A DNA stretch of 64,000 nucleotides from Hemiscyllium ocellatum (GCF_020745735.1 NC_083435.1:37659090-37723089); one strand, 5' to 3'. Positions 12,440-25,945 are shown, counted from the stretch's first letter. The notes: generated by a model not told the origin, from the letters alone. Made by a program: numbers and translations.

Positions 12440-12483
12440 ATGAGAAGTGAGTCTGCTGTAGATGAGAAGTGAGTCTGCTGTAG
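12440..12483 (+). repeat. 22-bp perfect tandem duplication
   Basis: ATGAGAAGTGAGTCTGCTGTAG twice. Confidence 0.95.
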
Positions 12484-12919
12484 AGGTCATGGTGTCAGTA
12501 TTTTAAAAGACATTGCGGTTTCATAGCTTGTGACTTGAGGGTATGAAGATCTCATACTCCATCTTACCTCAGCTCACTTGAAGCATGACACCGACTGGCA
12601 GCATGTTCCTCTGCGGTCATCTAAGCATTTACTGTTAGCCCAGACACCTATGTGCCTCAGGAATATAATGTTTGTACATAATAGTCAACTGTAATCAGTA
12701 TGTGCTGTATTCGTCAATATCACAATTGAAAAAAAATGTTTTAAAATTGAGGACTGTGGAAGGCTGTGTATTTGAAAACACGTTTGCTGGAGCTCATTGT
12801 GAGTTGTGTTTACAGTGCTGCTTTGTAGGCAGTGAGGACAAATATCATGCCACTGGGGCGTGTTCATGCAGAGTGAGATTTGGCCAGCAACAGATTGCTG
12901 TTTGGTTTATGCAGTTATA

Positions 12920-13149
12920 GTCGAGAGTGTGATGCTAGAAAAACAGCAGGTCAGGCAGCATCCGAGGAGCAGGAGAATCGATGTTTTGGGCATAATCCTC
13001 TCATCAGGATTGGAGGAAGTCCTAATGAAGGGCTTATGCCCAAAACATCAATTCTCCTGCTCCTCCAATGCTGCCTGACCTGCGTGCTTTTCCAGCACCA
13101 TAATCTTGTCTATGATCTCCAGTATCTGCAGTCCTCACTTGCTCCTCCT
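12920..13149. mobile_element. Penelope-derived hairpin element
   Basis: Inverted copies of the CAGCAGGTCAGGCAGCATC...GGGCATAA unit, flanked by TGCAGTTATA direct repeats. Confidence 0.75.
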
Positions 13150-13213
13150 TTGTGCAGTTATAACCAGATGTGGATGCTGAAACTCATAAACTTAACAATA
13201 ACTCTTAGGTTAA

Positions 13214-13515
13214 GGGGTGGCATGGTGGCTCAGTGGTTAGCACTGCTGCCTCACAGCGCCAGGGCCCCAGGTTCAATTCCAGCCTCGGGTGACTGTCTGT
13301 GTGGAGTTTGCACATTCTCCCCATGTCTGCGTGGGTTTCTTCCCACAGTCCAAAGATGTGCAGGTCAGGTAATTGGCCATGCTAAATTGCCCATAGTGCG
13401 AGGTGCGTTAGTCAGAGGGAAATGGGTCCAACCGGGTGGGTTACTCTTCAGAGGGTCGGTGTGAACTGGTTGGGCCGAAGGGCCTGTTTCCACACTGTAG
13501 GGAATCTAATCTAAA
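13214..13515 (+). mobile_element. HE1-type SINE
   Basis: Full tRNA-like head, core and AATCT tail. Confidence 0.9.
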
Positions 13516-13959
13516 CTCCAGGTCAGAGGAACACTTGGATATTTACAATAAAAGGAGGGAAACGTCTGGCCTGCTAAAGTTGATTCTGTGTCTTTGTCAT
13601 TGTGCTATAAAAGTAACTAAAGCCTGTTGAAAACCAATTATCTTCTCTCATCATTTATTGTGGGTTATTGACAAGTAACTTTAAGATTTTACATTGAGTA
13701 TATCAATTGCCATGTGCCTCCTGTGAAAAAAAATGAAAGAATTCAGAGAGGATATGTCTTTAACAGTCTCAACTTCAACACCACCACATCATTTCTTCAT
13801 CAATTCCTGTCCCGCCCTATTCCACTTCTACCCTTCCACTTCCTACTCCAGTTCCCCAACTTCCTTAACCCCCATTCAATTTCCCATCTCCACTTCCCCA
13901 ATTTCTATTCCCGCAATTCCACTTCTCCCCCTTTCATTTTGTCTTTCTATTCCAGCTCC

Positions 13960-15680
13960 ACTTGTCCCCCCACTGCCCATTGTCATACCTACACCAACAC
14001 TCACCCCTCCACTCCCCCCACTACCCATCAATATGTCCCCTCCTACACTCCCACCCCCCAACCACCCCAACTGCCCATCCCCATGTCCCCACCTACACTC
14101 CCCCCTCCACCCCCATGCTCACCATGTCCATGTCCCCTCCTACACTCCCCCCTCCACCCCCAACACTCACCAGCACCATGTCCCCACCTACACTCCCCCC
14201 TCCACCCCCAACACTCACCAGCACCATGTCCCCACCTACACTCCCCCCTCCACCCCCAACACTCACCAGCACCATGTCCCCACCTACACTCCCCCCTCCA
14301 CCCCCAACACTCACCAGCACCATGTCCCCACTTACACTCCCCCCTCCCACCCCCCCACTACCCATCACCATGTCCCCTCCTACACTCTCCCCTCCACGCC
14401 TTCAATGCCCATCACCATGTCCACTTCTACTCCCCCCTCCACTCCCCCCACAAACCATCCCCATGTGCCTGCCTTCGCTACCACCTCCAACCCCACTGCC
14501 CATCACCATGTCCCCTGCTACACTCCCCCCTCCAACCACCCCCCCCACTGCCCATCACCATGTCCTCTCCTACACACCTCATCCACCCACCCCACTGACG
14601 CTCGACTTGTCTCCTTCTATACTTCCCCTCCACCCCCCTACTACTCATCCCCATGTCTTGTCCTTCACTACACCCTCCAACTCCCCCAATGCCCATCACC
14701 AAGTCCCCTCCTGCACTCTCCCCCCCCCCCCCCACTGCCCATCGCCATGTCTCCTCCTCCACTTCCCCCCTCCACACCCCCATCCCCATGCCCCCTCCTA
14801 CATTCCCCACTCCATCCCCGGCTGCTCAACCCCATGTCCGCTCCTACGCTCCACCATCCACCCCCCACTGCCCATCGCCATGACCCCTCCTCCACTCCCC
14901 CTTCCAACCCCACTGCCACTCTCCATGTCCCCTACTACAGTCCCCCCTCCACCCCCCCACTGCCCATCACCATAACCCCTCCTATACTTCCACCCCACCC
15001 CCCAACAGCCCATCCCCATGTTCCCTCATACGCTCCTCCCTCCGCCCCTCACTGCCGACCCCATGTCCCCTCCTACACTCCCCCCACTCCACCCACTGCC
15101 CATCACCATATTCCCTCCTACTCCCCCCTCTCCACCCCCCACTGCCCATCACTATGTCCCCTTCCACACGCCACCCTCCACCCTACACTGCCCTTCACCT
15201 TGTCCCCTCCTCCACTCCCGCCCTCCACCCCCCACTGCCTTCCCCATGTCCCCTCCTACACTCCCCGCCCTCCACCCCCCACTGCCCTTCCCCATGTCCC
15301 CTCCTACACTCCACTCTCCACCCCCCACTGCCCTTCCCCATGTCCCCTCCTATGCTCCCCCCTCCACCCACCAATGCCCATCACCATGTCCCCTCCTGCG
15401 CTCCCCCCTCCAACCTCCCACTGCCCATCACCATGTCCCCATCTACACCCCCCTCCACTGCCACCACTGCCTTCCCCATGTCCCCTCCTTCACTCCCCCC
15501 TCAACCCCCCACTGCCCTTCACCATGTCCCCTCCTATACTCTCCCTTCTACCCCCCACACTCACCATCACCATGTCCCCTCCTACACACCTCCTCCACCC
15601 CCCCACTGCCCATCGATGTATCCCCTCTTGCACTCACCCCTCCACCCCCGCACTGCTCATCACCATGTCCCCTCCTGCAC

Positions 15681-15714
<34 letters not shown>

Positions 15715-15725
15715 ACTGCCCACTG
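13960..15725 (+). repeat. C-rich minisatellite (about 42-48 bp unit)
   Basis: Repeats of CCACTGCCCATCACCATGTCCCCTCCTACACTCCCCC. About four near-perfect 48-bp units lie at 14150-14345; poly-C at 15682-15714. Confidence 0.95.
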
Positions 15726-15974
15726 CCATGTCCCCATGTGTGACTGTGCAGATCCCATGCTTTGTGTGCATTTCATTATGGGCTGGAGTCAGGTAGCCTT
15801 TGTAACCTCGAAGCCAGTGTGGGTTGCTGCGGTGGATCAGAGATAAGTGACATAGTGAACTCCAACAAAATTATAGAAATTATGACTGTTGCATGAACAG
15901 CCGTGGGATCACTGCAGTACTGAAAGAGGCCATTTGGCCAATCGAGTATGCACTGACCCTCTGAAGAGCGTCCC

Positions 15975-16225
15975 ACCCTATTCCTGTAACTGTGCATTTC
16001 CCAGGACTAATCCACCAGCCTGCACATCCCTGGACACCAAGAACAATTTTAGCATGGCCAGTTCACCTAACCTTTGGACTGTGGAAGGAAACTGGAGCAC
16101 CCAGAGGATATCCACACAGGCACGTGTAAACTCCACACAGGCAGTCATCGAAGGTTAGAATGAAACCTGGGCCCCTGGCATTGTGAGGCAACATTGCTAA
16201 CCACTGAGTCATCAGGCCACCCTGA
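15975..16225 (-). mobile_element. Divergent HE1-type SINE
   Basis: Antisense head and core similarity to other copies. Confidence 0.7.
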
Positions 16226-17444
16226 TACACTCCTGTGGTCATACAGTAACTGGACATTGAGACATTCACGGAACTGATAGAGTGCTATCTTTATGTCAAG
16301 GACAGTCACTCTCCCCTCATCTCTCAAAATCGGCTCTTTTGTTCACGTTTGGACCCCCAGATTCTAATGAGGGTCAGGAGCAAAGTGGCCCTTGTGGGAG
16401 TCACATTGATTGTTAGTGAGCAAGTTATTGCTGAGAAGTGCTGCATGATAAAACTATGGACAATCTTCCATCATTTAGAATGAACTAATGAAGAGTAGTG
16501 ACTAGATTGGATTAGCCCTGCATTTTGTGGATGGGACATTGTTGGTTGGATGTTTCTGGAACACTTTATGCTTAGTCCTGGAGACAAGACTTCAGTGCTA
16601 CAGCCGAGATGTTGTCCAGGCCCATAGCCTTTGCTGAGTCAAGTCTCTTCGGTTATTTCAGCAGGTTTGTTGTAAGGTGGTTGTGAAGCTTCAGCCATTT
16701 CACTTGAACCTGATGAGCTTGGATTCCTCCATCATTGAGGATGTGAATATTTCTCGGGTACTGCTCTGATGAACTGTTTCACTGTGCACCCCATTCATAA
16801 CTTGATGCTGTATGACACCAAGGTTGAGAACAGACTGATTAAGTCATAAAGACAGAGTGCTGGGCTTTAGTAGATAGAGAATGTAGTTTGTAACTGGGCC
16901 TGAAAGCAATGTCTGGTCCTTAAAATGCAGGAGTGGATAGAGTGTGGCACTGGAAGAAGCACAGCAGCTCAGGCAGCACGTGAGGAGCAAGAGAGTCAAT
17001 GTTTCAGGCAGGATCCTTTATCAAGACCTGCTTTCTCCAGTGCCACACTCTATCCACACTGACTCTTCAGCATCTGCAGTCCTCACTATGTCCCTAAAAT
17101 GCAGGACAAATCCAGTCCAGTCATTGCTGTCCCATCAGTGATGGAAGATGATGAGGATAGTGTTATTGACAATAGCTTGCTCACTGACATGACTTTCATC
17201 TTCCCAATATTTAATTGGAGGAAATTCCTGCTGATCTGGTACTGGATAACTGGATGTTACCCAGTATGGTGACAAAATATCTGAAAACGAACCTTTCAGA
17301 GCAAACTTACACCCAGAACCTCAACCTGAGCTACAAATCTTCTCCAAACTCGCTAACTAGACAAACAGTCTGATAATCTAGTGATGGGGAGGGAAGAACT
17401 GGTCATCAAGCAGAGCTGTGAAAGCTAATCTGGGCTTTTGGATA

Positions 17445-17795
17445 ATGTGACCTTATAGAGGTTTATAACATCATGAGAGATATAGGTAAAGTGAGTGGAA
17501 GATGCCCTTTCCCTCGGGTGGGGCATTGCAAGACTGGGGCCATATCTATAAGGTGAGAGGAGAAAGATTTAAAAAGATGTGGAGCCTTTTTTTTAATATA
17601 GCAACAGTGTCGGATGAACACTGGATGCGGGTGGATGCAGGTACAGTTATAACATGTAAAAGACATTTAGATAAGAACATGAATAAGAAATGTTTGGAGG
17701 GATATGGACCAAAAGCAGAAAGGTGGGACTAGTTTAGTTTGGGGTTATGATTAGCATGGACCGAAGGGTCTGTTTCCATACTCTATGACTCTATG
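17445..17795 (+). mobile_element. CR1 LINE 3' fragment
   Basis: GHIYKVRGERFKK...CKRHLDKNM. Confidence 0.85.
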
Positions 17796-18346
17796 ATGTC
17801 ACGGGGCAGCAGACCAATGAGAGACAAGAGAGGACGAAGAATAGATCTCCGGAGGGCACTGGGTGTCACAATGTATGAACATGAAGGGAAAAGTCTGTAA
17901 GTGATTCTCTGGCCTTAATCAAACAGGTAAGAATGGAACCAGCAGGGAGAGATCCTATCCAGCTGGTTACATGTTCATTTGTGATCTATTTTATGCTTTG
18001 AAAAGTACATCTGAAACAATAAATTAATAACTCCTAACTATAAGAATAACTTAATACAAATGTTCACGTAATTCATAAAAGTTCAGCACAGCATGAGAAA
18101 CTGATTGCAGTTACTAGTTGGTTCCAAAGTTAGTTACTGAATTAATGCCTTTTGATATTAATAGTTGAAGATTAAACAACAGCAATCTTATCTAACATTA
18201 AAATAAAACAGAGACAAAAAAGTGAAATGTCATGCCAATTTACAACAGACCAGTCAGCATTTGGAAACAGAATGTGAAGTTTCAGATAGTACTTCTCTGA
18301 CTCAAACAATAGATTCACCCTCTTTGTTCCCGAGGGTGAGGATGGA

Positions 18347-19457
18347 GAACATAGAACATAGAAAAATACAGCGCAGTACAGGCCCTCCGGCCCTCGATGT
18401 TGCGCTGACCGAAGCCTATCTAACCTACACTAGCCCAATAACCTCCATATGCTTATCCAATGCCCGCTTAAATGACCATAAAGAGGGAGAGTCCACCACT
18501 GCTACTGGCAGGGCATTCCATGAACTCACAACCCGCTGAGTAAAGAATCTACCCCTAACATCTGTCCTATACCTACCACCCCTTAATTTAAAGCTGTGTC
18601 CCCTAGTAACAGCTGACTCCATTAGCGGAAAAAGGTTCTCACTGTCAACCCTATCTAAACCCCTAATCATCTTGTACACCTCTATCAAATCTCCCCTAAA
18701 CCTTCTTTTCTCCAATGAGAACAGCCCCAAGTGCCTCAGCCTTTCCTCATACGATCTTCCTACCATGCCAGGCAACATCCTGGTAAACCTCCTCTGCACC
18801 CGTTCCAGTGCCTCCACATCCTTCCTACAGTATGGCGACCAAAACTGCACACAATACTTCAGATGAGGCCGCACCAGAGTCTTATACAACTGCAACATGA
18901 CCTCAGGACTCTGGAACTCAATTCCTCTACCAATAAAAGCCCAGTACACCATATGCCTTCTTCACAGCACTATTTACCTGGATGGCAACTTTCAGAGATC
19001 TGTGTACATGGGCACCAAGATCCCTCTGCTCATCCACACTACCAAGTAGCCTACCATTAGCCCAGTAATCCATCTTCTTGTTACTCCTACCAAAGTGAAT
19101 GACTTCACACTTAGCTACACTGAACTCCATTTGCCACCTTTCTGCCCAGCTCTGCAACTTATCAATATCCCGCTGTAACCTGCCACATCCTTCTTCGCTG
19201 TCCACAACTCCACCGACTTTCGTATCATCCGCAAACTTGCTCACCCAGCCTTCAAGCCCCTCCTCCTGGTCATTTATAAAAATGACAAACAGCAATGGTC
19301 CCAAAACAGATCCTTGTGGAACACCGCTAGTAACTGCACTCCAAGATGAACCTTTACCATCAACTACTACCCTCTGTCTCCTTCCAGCCAGCCAATTCCT
19401 AATCCAAACCTCTAATGCACCCTCAATGCCATACCTCCATAATTTTTGCAGTAGCCT
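18347..19457 (-). mobile_element. CR1 LINE 3' part (RT)
   Basis: GPLLFVIFIND...SKFADDTK and LYKTLVRPHLKYCVQFWSP. Confidence 0.92.
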
Positions 19458-20138
19458 AGTAGAGAGAAGATCCCCATTTCATTCTAACTCAGAAGCAAAT
19501 TATTCAGGATTTTGGAATAGAAACTGAAAATTTGGCAAACACGCAGCAGGTCTGACAGCGTCTGTGGGCAGAAAGCAGAGTTAATGTTTAGGTTCCAGTG
19601 ACCCTTCCTCAGAACTGATTGTGGATGGGTGAAGGTGGGAGAGATGCTGAAGAGGAGGGATTGGGAGCAGCTGGAAAGGAGTAAGTGGATAGGTGGACAA
19701 AGAGCCAGAGGGAGAGAAAGACAGTTAGGAAGACAAAGGAATGAATGATTTCCTGCATCAATGTTTCCTGTTGCTGACCTCTCTCTGCTCAGTTTAAGCT
19801 GAAGTGCTGGGCCCCTAATTCTGTGTCTCAATTTATCCTTTTGCTGACTCCCTTCTCACTGCTCTATGTGCTGTTAACTCACTCATTTTATTTTGAATGC
19901 TATGTTTCTGACAAGAATTCTGCGTCTTTGAATGCGTCTTCAGTCATTATTTCCACATTGACATAAAGCCTTTTGCACAAGTTACCAAATATTGATGTGA
20001 AGTTCTTTCTGTACTTTGTGTTCCAACCACCTTTCCAATTATTTTTTCAATTATCCCTGCTCTTCCCTCATTCCCTAGCATTTCTGCTTCAATGGAACTG
20101 ATGTCAGCATTTTTTAATTCTTCTAAACTCAAGCTAGG

Positions 20139-20965
20139 AAGGAGAAATTAAACACCCTCTGGTTAAGTGGAGTATGAGGGCGATGCTACACTCCAATGGA
20201 AATAAAAAGGATCAGGCAGGAGCAGTCATGCTAGATGAGAAAGCTGAGTAAGCCAAATAAGATATAAGTCAGATATATTAATACTATAGATTACAGTGTG
20301 TAGCCGGAGTGTTCAAGAGTTGTTTCAAAACTGTTTTTAAATATTAGACAATCTAAACATGACTCCATCTCACTTGTGGATTCCATCACTACCAGGCTGC
20401 ACTTAACTCAGGCAGATGATGAAAGGACATTTCAGGATTCAGTGAGCCCTCAGACAGAGAATAGATTTGCCTGAAGGTGTGGTCTTTATGAATGCCTCAA
20501 GTGGTAAATGTGAAGTCAGTGCTGCAGTGGGATTCCCACTTGCTTGACTAGGAACACTGAGCCTGCCAGCTGAAATAGCAGCCATTGTTTGGGCACTCCG
20601 ATACTGCTCAAGGCCAGACGTTTGGACATTATGTTGAGGTTGTACAAACGGAATCCTTTTATAATCTTCCTGAGTTAAGTGCAGCCTGGTAGTGACGGAA
20701 TCCACAACTGAGATAGAGTCACCTTCAAATTGTATAATATTTGAAAGCTATTTTCAAAAAGATCTTGAATATCCTAATTGCATGCTGTCATCTATAGTAT
20801 CGGTCTATCTGACTTTTCTCTTATTTGGTTTACCCAGCGTTCTCATCTAGCATTACTGCTCCTGCCTGATCCTTTCTATTGCCACTGGTGTGTAGCATCG
20901 CCCATGTAGTTGCATATCCCCATGTATCAGGCTCCACATAAACCGAGGGTATTTAACTTCTCCTT
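20139..20965. mobile_element. Long fold-back (inverted-repeat) element, probable non-autonomous DNA transposon
   Basis: About 290-315 bp arms (20139-20430 and 20651-20965) are reverse complements, e.g. CTACCAGGCTGCACTTAACTCAGG/CCTGAGTTAAGTGCAGCCTGGTAG and ATGCTAGATGAGAA/TTCTCATCTAGCAT. Confidence 0.8.
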
Positions 20966-20997
20966 TGGCATTTCTTGCTGTTGAGGATGTACAGGAT

Positions 20998-23515
20998 GTT
21001 AGAATATAGAACACAGAACATAGAACAGCACAGCACAGAACAGGCCCTTCAGCCCATGATGTTGTGCCGACCACTGATCCCCATATATGCACCCTCAAAT
21101 TTCTGTGACTATATACATGTCCAGGATTCTCTTAAATGTCCCCAATGACCTCGCTTTCACAACTGCTGCTGGCAACACATTCCATGCTCTCACAACTCTC
21201 TGTGTAAAGAACCTGCCTCTGACATCCCCTCTACACTTTCCTCCAACCAGCTTAAAACTGTGGCCCCTCGTGTTAGTCATTTCTGCCCTGGGAAATAGTC
21301 TCTGGCTATTTACTGTATCTATGCCTCTCATTATCTTGTATACCTCAATTAGGTCCCCTCTCCTCCTCCTTTTCTCCAAGGAAAAAGTCCGAGCTCAGTC
21401 AACCTCTCTTCATAAGTTAAACCCTCCATTCCAAGCAGCATCCTGGTAAACCTCCTCTGAACCCTCTCCAAAGCATCCACATCTTTCCTATAATAGGGCA
21501 ACCAGAACTGGACGCAGTATTCCAAGTGCAGTCTAACCAAAGTTTTATAGAGCTGCAACAAGATCTCACGGCTGTTAAACTCAATCCCCCTGTTAATGAA
21601 AGCCAAAACACCATATGCTTTCTTAACAACCCTGTCCACTTGGGTGGCCATTTTAAGGGATCTATGTACCTGCACACCAAGATCCCTCTGTTCCTCCACA
21701 CTGCCAAGAATCCTATCCTTAATCCTGTACTCAGATTCCAAATTCGACCTTCCAAAATGCATCACCTCGCATTTATCCAGGTTGAACTCCATCTGCCACC
21801 TCTCAGCCCATCTCTGCATCCTGTCAATGTCCCGCTGCAGCCTACAACAGCCCTCTATATTGTCAACGACACCTCCAACCTTTGTGTTGTCTGCAAACTT
21901 GCTGACCCATCCTTCAATCTCCTCATCCAAATCATTAACAAACATTACAAACAGTAGAGGCCCAAGGACAGAGCCCTGTGCAACACCACTCACCACAGAC
22001 TCCAGGCAGAATATTTTCCTTCTACTACCACTCGCTGTCTTCTGTTGGCCAGCCAATTCTGTAGCCAGACAGCTAAGTTCCCCTGTATCCCATTCCTCCT
22101 GACCTTCTGAATGAGCCTATCATGGGGAACCTTATCAAATGCCTTGCTAAAGTCCATATACACCACATCCACAGCTCGATCCTCATCAACCTTTCTAGTC
22201 ACATCCTCAAAGAACTCAATAAGGTTTGTGAGACATGACCTGCCCCTCCCAAAGTCGTGTTGACTGCATTTAATCAAGCCATGCTCTTCCAGATGGTCAT
22301 AATTCCTATTCCTCAGAATCCTGTCTAACACCTTGCAGATGACAGACGTGAGACTGATTGGTCTGTAATTGCTGGGAATTTCCCTATTTCCTTTCTTGAA
22401 GAGAGGAATTACATTTGCCTCTCTCCAGTCCTCAGGTATGACTCCAGTGGAGAGCGAGGATGCAAAGATCTTCGCAAGTGGTGAAGCAATTGTATTTCTC
22501 GTTTCCCAAAGCAGCCGAGGACAAATCTGGTCCGGGCCTGGCGACTTGTCAATCTTAATATTTGACAAAATTTACAGGACCTCAGCTTCCTCTATCTTTA
22601 TCCATTCCAGTATGTACACCTGCTCTTCAAAAATTTCATTCACTACAAAGTTTATTTCTTTCGTAAAGACAGAAGCAAAAAACTCATTTAGGGCTTCCCC
22701 TACCTCCTCAGATTCCACACACAAATTCCCTATGCTATCCCTGATCGGCCCTACTCTTTCTTTGACCATTCTCTTATTCCTCACATAAGTGTAAAATGCC
22801 TTTGTGTTCTCCCTAATCCGTTCTGTAAAGCCTTTCTCGTGCCCCTTCCTGGCTCTCCTCAGACCATTTTTGAGCTCCTTCCTTGCCTGCGTGAAATCCT
22901 CTAGAGCTGAGCTTGACCCTAGCTTCCTCCACCTTATGTAAGCTACCTTCTTCCTTTTGACGAGAAGCTCCACCGCTCTCGTCATCCAAGGTTCCTTTAT
23001 CTTACCACTTCTTGCCTGTCTCAGAGGGACATATTTATTCATCACTTGCAACAACTGTTCCTTAAACAATCTCCACATGTCTATAATGCCTTTACCATGG
23101 AACAATTGTTCCCAGTCCATGTTTCCTAACTCATGTCTAATCGCATCATAGTTTCCTCTTCCCCAATTAAATATCCTCCCATTTTGCCCTAATCCTCTCC
23201 TTTTCCATAGCTATGTAGAATGTGAGGCAGTTGTGGTCACTATCACCAAAATGCTCTCCCACCACAAGATCTGATACCTGCCCTGACTTGTTTCCAAGCA
23301 CCAAGTCTAGAATGGCCTCTCCTCTCGTCGGCTGTCAACGTACTGAGTTAGGAAACCCTCCTGAACACACCTTACAAAAACAGCTCCATTCAAATCTTCT
23401 GCTCGAAGGAGGTTCCAATCAATATTGGGAAAGTTAAAGTCACCCATTACAACAACCCTACTACGTCCACACTTTTCCAAAATCTGCCGACCTATGTGTT
23501 CTTCCATCTCCCTGC
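20998..23515 (-). mobile_element. CR1 LINE ORF2 (endonuclease end plus RT), frameshifted
   Basis: VVVMGDFNFPNIDW; DKSPGPDQICPRLL...DFSKAFDKVPH; [10 protein letters not shown]...FADNTK. Confidence 0.93.
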
Positions 23516-23534
23516 TGTTGGTGACCTTTCGGAA

Positions 23535-24065
23535 CACTGTGTCCAGTCCTGGTCGCCCTGTTAAAGGAAGGATATTATTCAGCTGGAGAGGGTTCAGAGG
23601 AGATTTACCAGAACATTGCTGGGAATGGCAGGTAAGAATTATATGGAGAGGCTGGATAGGCTGGGACCTTTTTCACTGGAGCTTAGGATGTTGAGGGATG
23701 ACCTTTTAAAAGTTCAGAAAATTGTGAGGGGCATAGATAAGCTGAATGGCAGCTGACTTTTCCCCTAGGGTCTGGGATTTCAAGACTGGAGGCATACCTT
23801 TAAGGTGAGAGGAGAGAGATTTCAAAAAAAGCTCAAGAGACAGTTTTTTTTACATAGAGTGGTTCATGTGTGGAATGAACCTCCAGAGGAAGTGGTGGGT
23901 GTGGGTACAGTTACAACGTTTAAAGTACATTAGGATATGTAGGTGAATAAGAAAGGGTTGGAAAGATATGGGCCAGGAGCAGGCAGGTGGGACTGGTTTA
24001 GTTTGGTATTATGGTCGGCATGGATTGGTTGGGCCGAAGGATCTGTTTCTGCGCAGTATGAGTCA
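23535..24065 (+). mobile_element. CR1 LINE 3' fragment
   Basis: Typical CR1 C-terminal and 3' UTR sequence. Confidence 0.8.
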
Positions 24066-24502
24066 ATGGTTCTAGTGGGAAAGCTGGTATAATTTGAGCG
24101 ATGAACAAACACACAGCCAGGAATACAACCTCTTGGCAAGCTGACATCATCACTGGCCGCCATTTCAGTGGGCACTCTAATATCTGGATGAGGATCTGGG
24201 CGAGGATGAGGGAGTTGGGATGGTGATCAGCAGAGCAGGAGCAGTGGATGGGGTGAGGAATGGGCACAAACTATCCCCAGCTCCTGGGCTCCAGGAAGGG
24301 AAACCTGCTAGCTAATGAGGGAGTATGCAGTCAAGCGGCAAACCCAGGGGAATGCAGCAAAATAAATCCATATAATATTTGTATATTCCTACTTTGGAAA
24401 TAGAACCAGTCTGACTCAAGATTGGGATACAGACGGACTCTAATCTCGCACCTTTAATGCATTATCTTATCTGACCTTTTTTTTAAATAAAATCTTAAGT
24501 TA

Positions 24503-24820
24503 TTAGATTAGATTAGATTACTTACAGTGTGGAAACAGGCCCTTCCGCCCAACAAGTCCACACCGACCCGCCGAAGCGCAACCCAACCATTCCCCTACAT
24601 TTACCCCTTTACCTAACACTACGGGCAATTTAGCATGGCCAATTCACCTGACCTGCACATGTTTAGACTGTGGGAGGAAACCGGAGCACCCGGAGGAAAC
24701 CCACGCAAACACGGGGAGAACGTGCAAACTCCACACAGTCAGTTGCCTGAGTCAGGAATTGAACCCGGGTCTCTGGCGCTGTGAGGCAGCAGTGCTAACC
24801 ACTGTGCCACCGTGCCGCCC
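24503..24820 (-). mobile_element. HE1-type SINE (young)
   Basis: Intact GGGCGGCACGGTGGCACAGTGGTTAGC head and (AATCT)n tail. Confidence 0.93.
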
Positions 24821-24999
24821 ACTTAGCTCAAGAAAGTGATTTAAAAGAAGTTTTGGGTATTAATGAGCCGAAACCTGTGACTCATTCTAAAAGATGAAAA
24901 ACTTAACAACAACCTAGGTTTGTTAAACATATCAATTCAGTCGCATGACACTGTTATCCATTGCTATACATTCTATATCCAATGGTCCTTCTTCACAAC

Positions 25000-25033
25000 C
25001 ACCTGATGAAGGAGCAGCGCTCCGAAAGCTAGT
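25000..25033 (+). ncRNA. Minimal hammerhead ribozyme motif (second family)
   Basis: CAC CTGATGA A GGAGC AGC GCTCC GAAA G CTA GTG: stem I CAC/GTG, 5-bp stem II, CUA site, palindromic AGCT. Confidence 0.7.
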
Positions 25034-25629
25034 GCTTCCAAATAAACCTGTTGGACTATAACCTGGTGTTGTGTGATTTTTAACTTTCCTGATGAAGAGC
25101 CTTTGCCTGAAGCATCAATTCTCCTGCTCCTCGGATGCTGTCTGACCTGCTGTGCTTTTCCAGCACCACTCTAACCTTGATTCTAATCTCCAGCATCTGC
25201 CTGATTTGTAACTTTGTCCACCCCCCCAGTCCAACACTGGCACCTCCACATTATGGCACAAAGTAGTGACAGCTGAGGAGATGTAGTCCTCAAACATAGG
25301 CAGGGAGGGGAAACTCACCCCTCTTTCAGCCCTTGGCCTGCCCAGCGCCCCCATCTCTCATCTGGCAGTACATTTACACAGACACTTCTGTGTTCTGCCA
25401 TGACCAGCTGATGCTACAGGCCATGTCTGCACGTGTGTAGGGGGTGATTTTGGCATTTCAGATAGTCACACTGATAGTAAAAAGGCAGGAAGCCAAGATA
25501 AAGAGAGTTCACGTTAAAGAACAGGGCACTCTGCAGCCACAGAGCATTCTCCAGAGACGGTCTCCATGACAACGACATGGAAGAGACATCTTATTCTGGG
25601 ATAGTTTCCATCAGGGAGGGACAAAGTAG

Positions 25630-25945
25630 CAGCATGGTGACTCAGGGGTTAACACTGTTGCATTAAAGCACCAGGGACCCGGGTTTGATTCCTGCCTTGG
25701 GCTACTGTCTGTGTGGAATGTGCATATTCTTCCTGTGTCTGTGTGGGTTTGCTCCAGTTTCCCCCCACAATCCAAAGATGTGCAGGTCAGGTGGATTGGC
25801 CGTGCTAAATTGCCCATAGTGTTAGGTGCATTAGTCAGGGGTAAAGATAAGGTAGGGGAATGGTTCTGGGTGGGTTACTCTTCAGAGGGCCAGTGTGGAC
25901 TTGTTGGGCTGAAGGGCCTGTTTCCATACGATAGGGAAGCTAATT
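25630..25945 (+). mobile_element. HE1-type SINE
   Basis: tRNA-like head and core. Confidence 0.85.

Noticed and set aside
13214-13300. tRNA-like sequences at SINE heads
   Set aside because: They continue into SINE cores and tails; these are not tRNA genes.
15682-15714. 33-nt poly-C (and a 22-nt poly-G at 50929-50950)
   Set aside because: Homopolymer lengths are unreliable in assemblies; no functional claim can be supported.
13714-15846. Long Pro/His-rich ORFs (up to 687 aa)
   Set aside because: They are by-products of a C-rich minisatellite that lacks stop codons; several frames are open at once and there is no domain signal.
19947-20132. 61-aa minus-strand ORF next to the fold-back element
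   Set aside because: No homology recognised and no clear splice signals.
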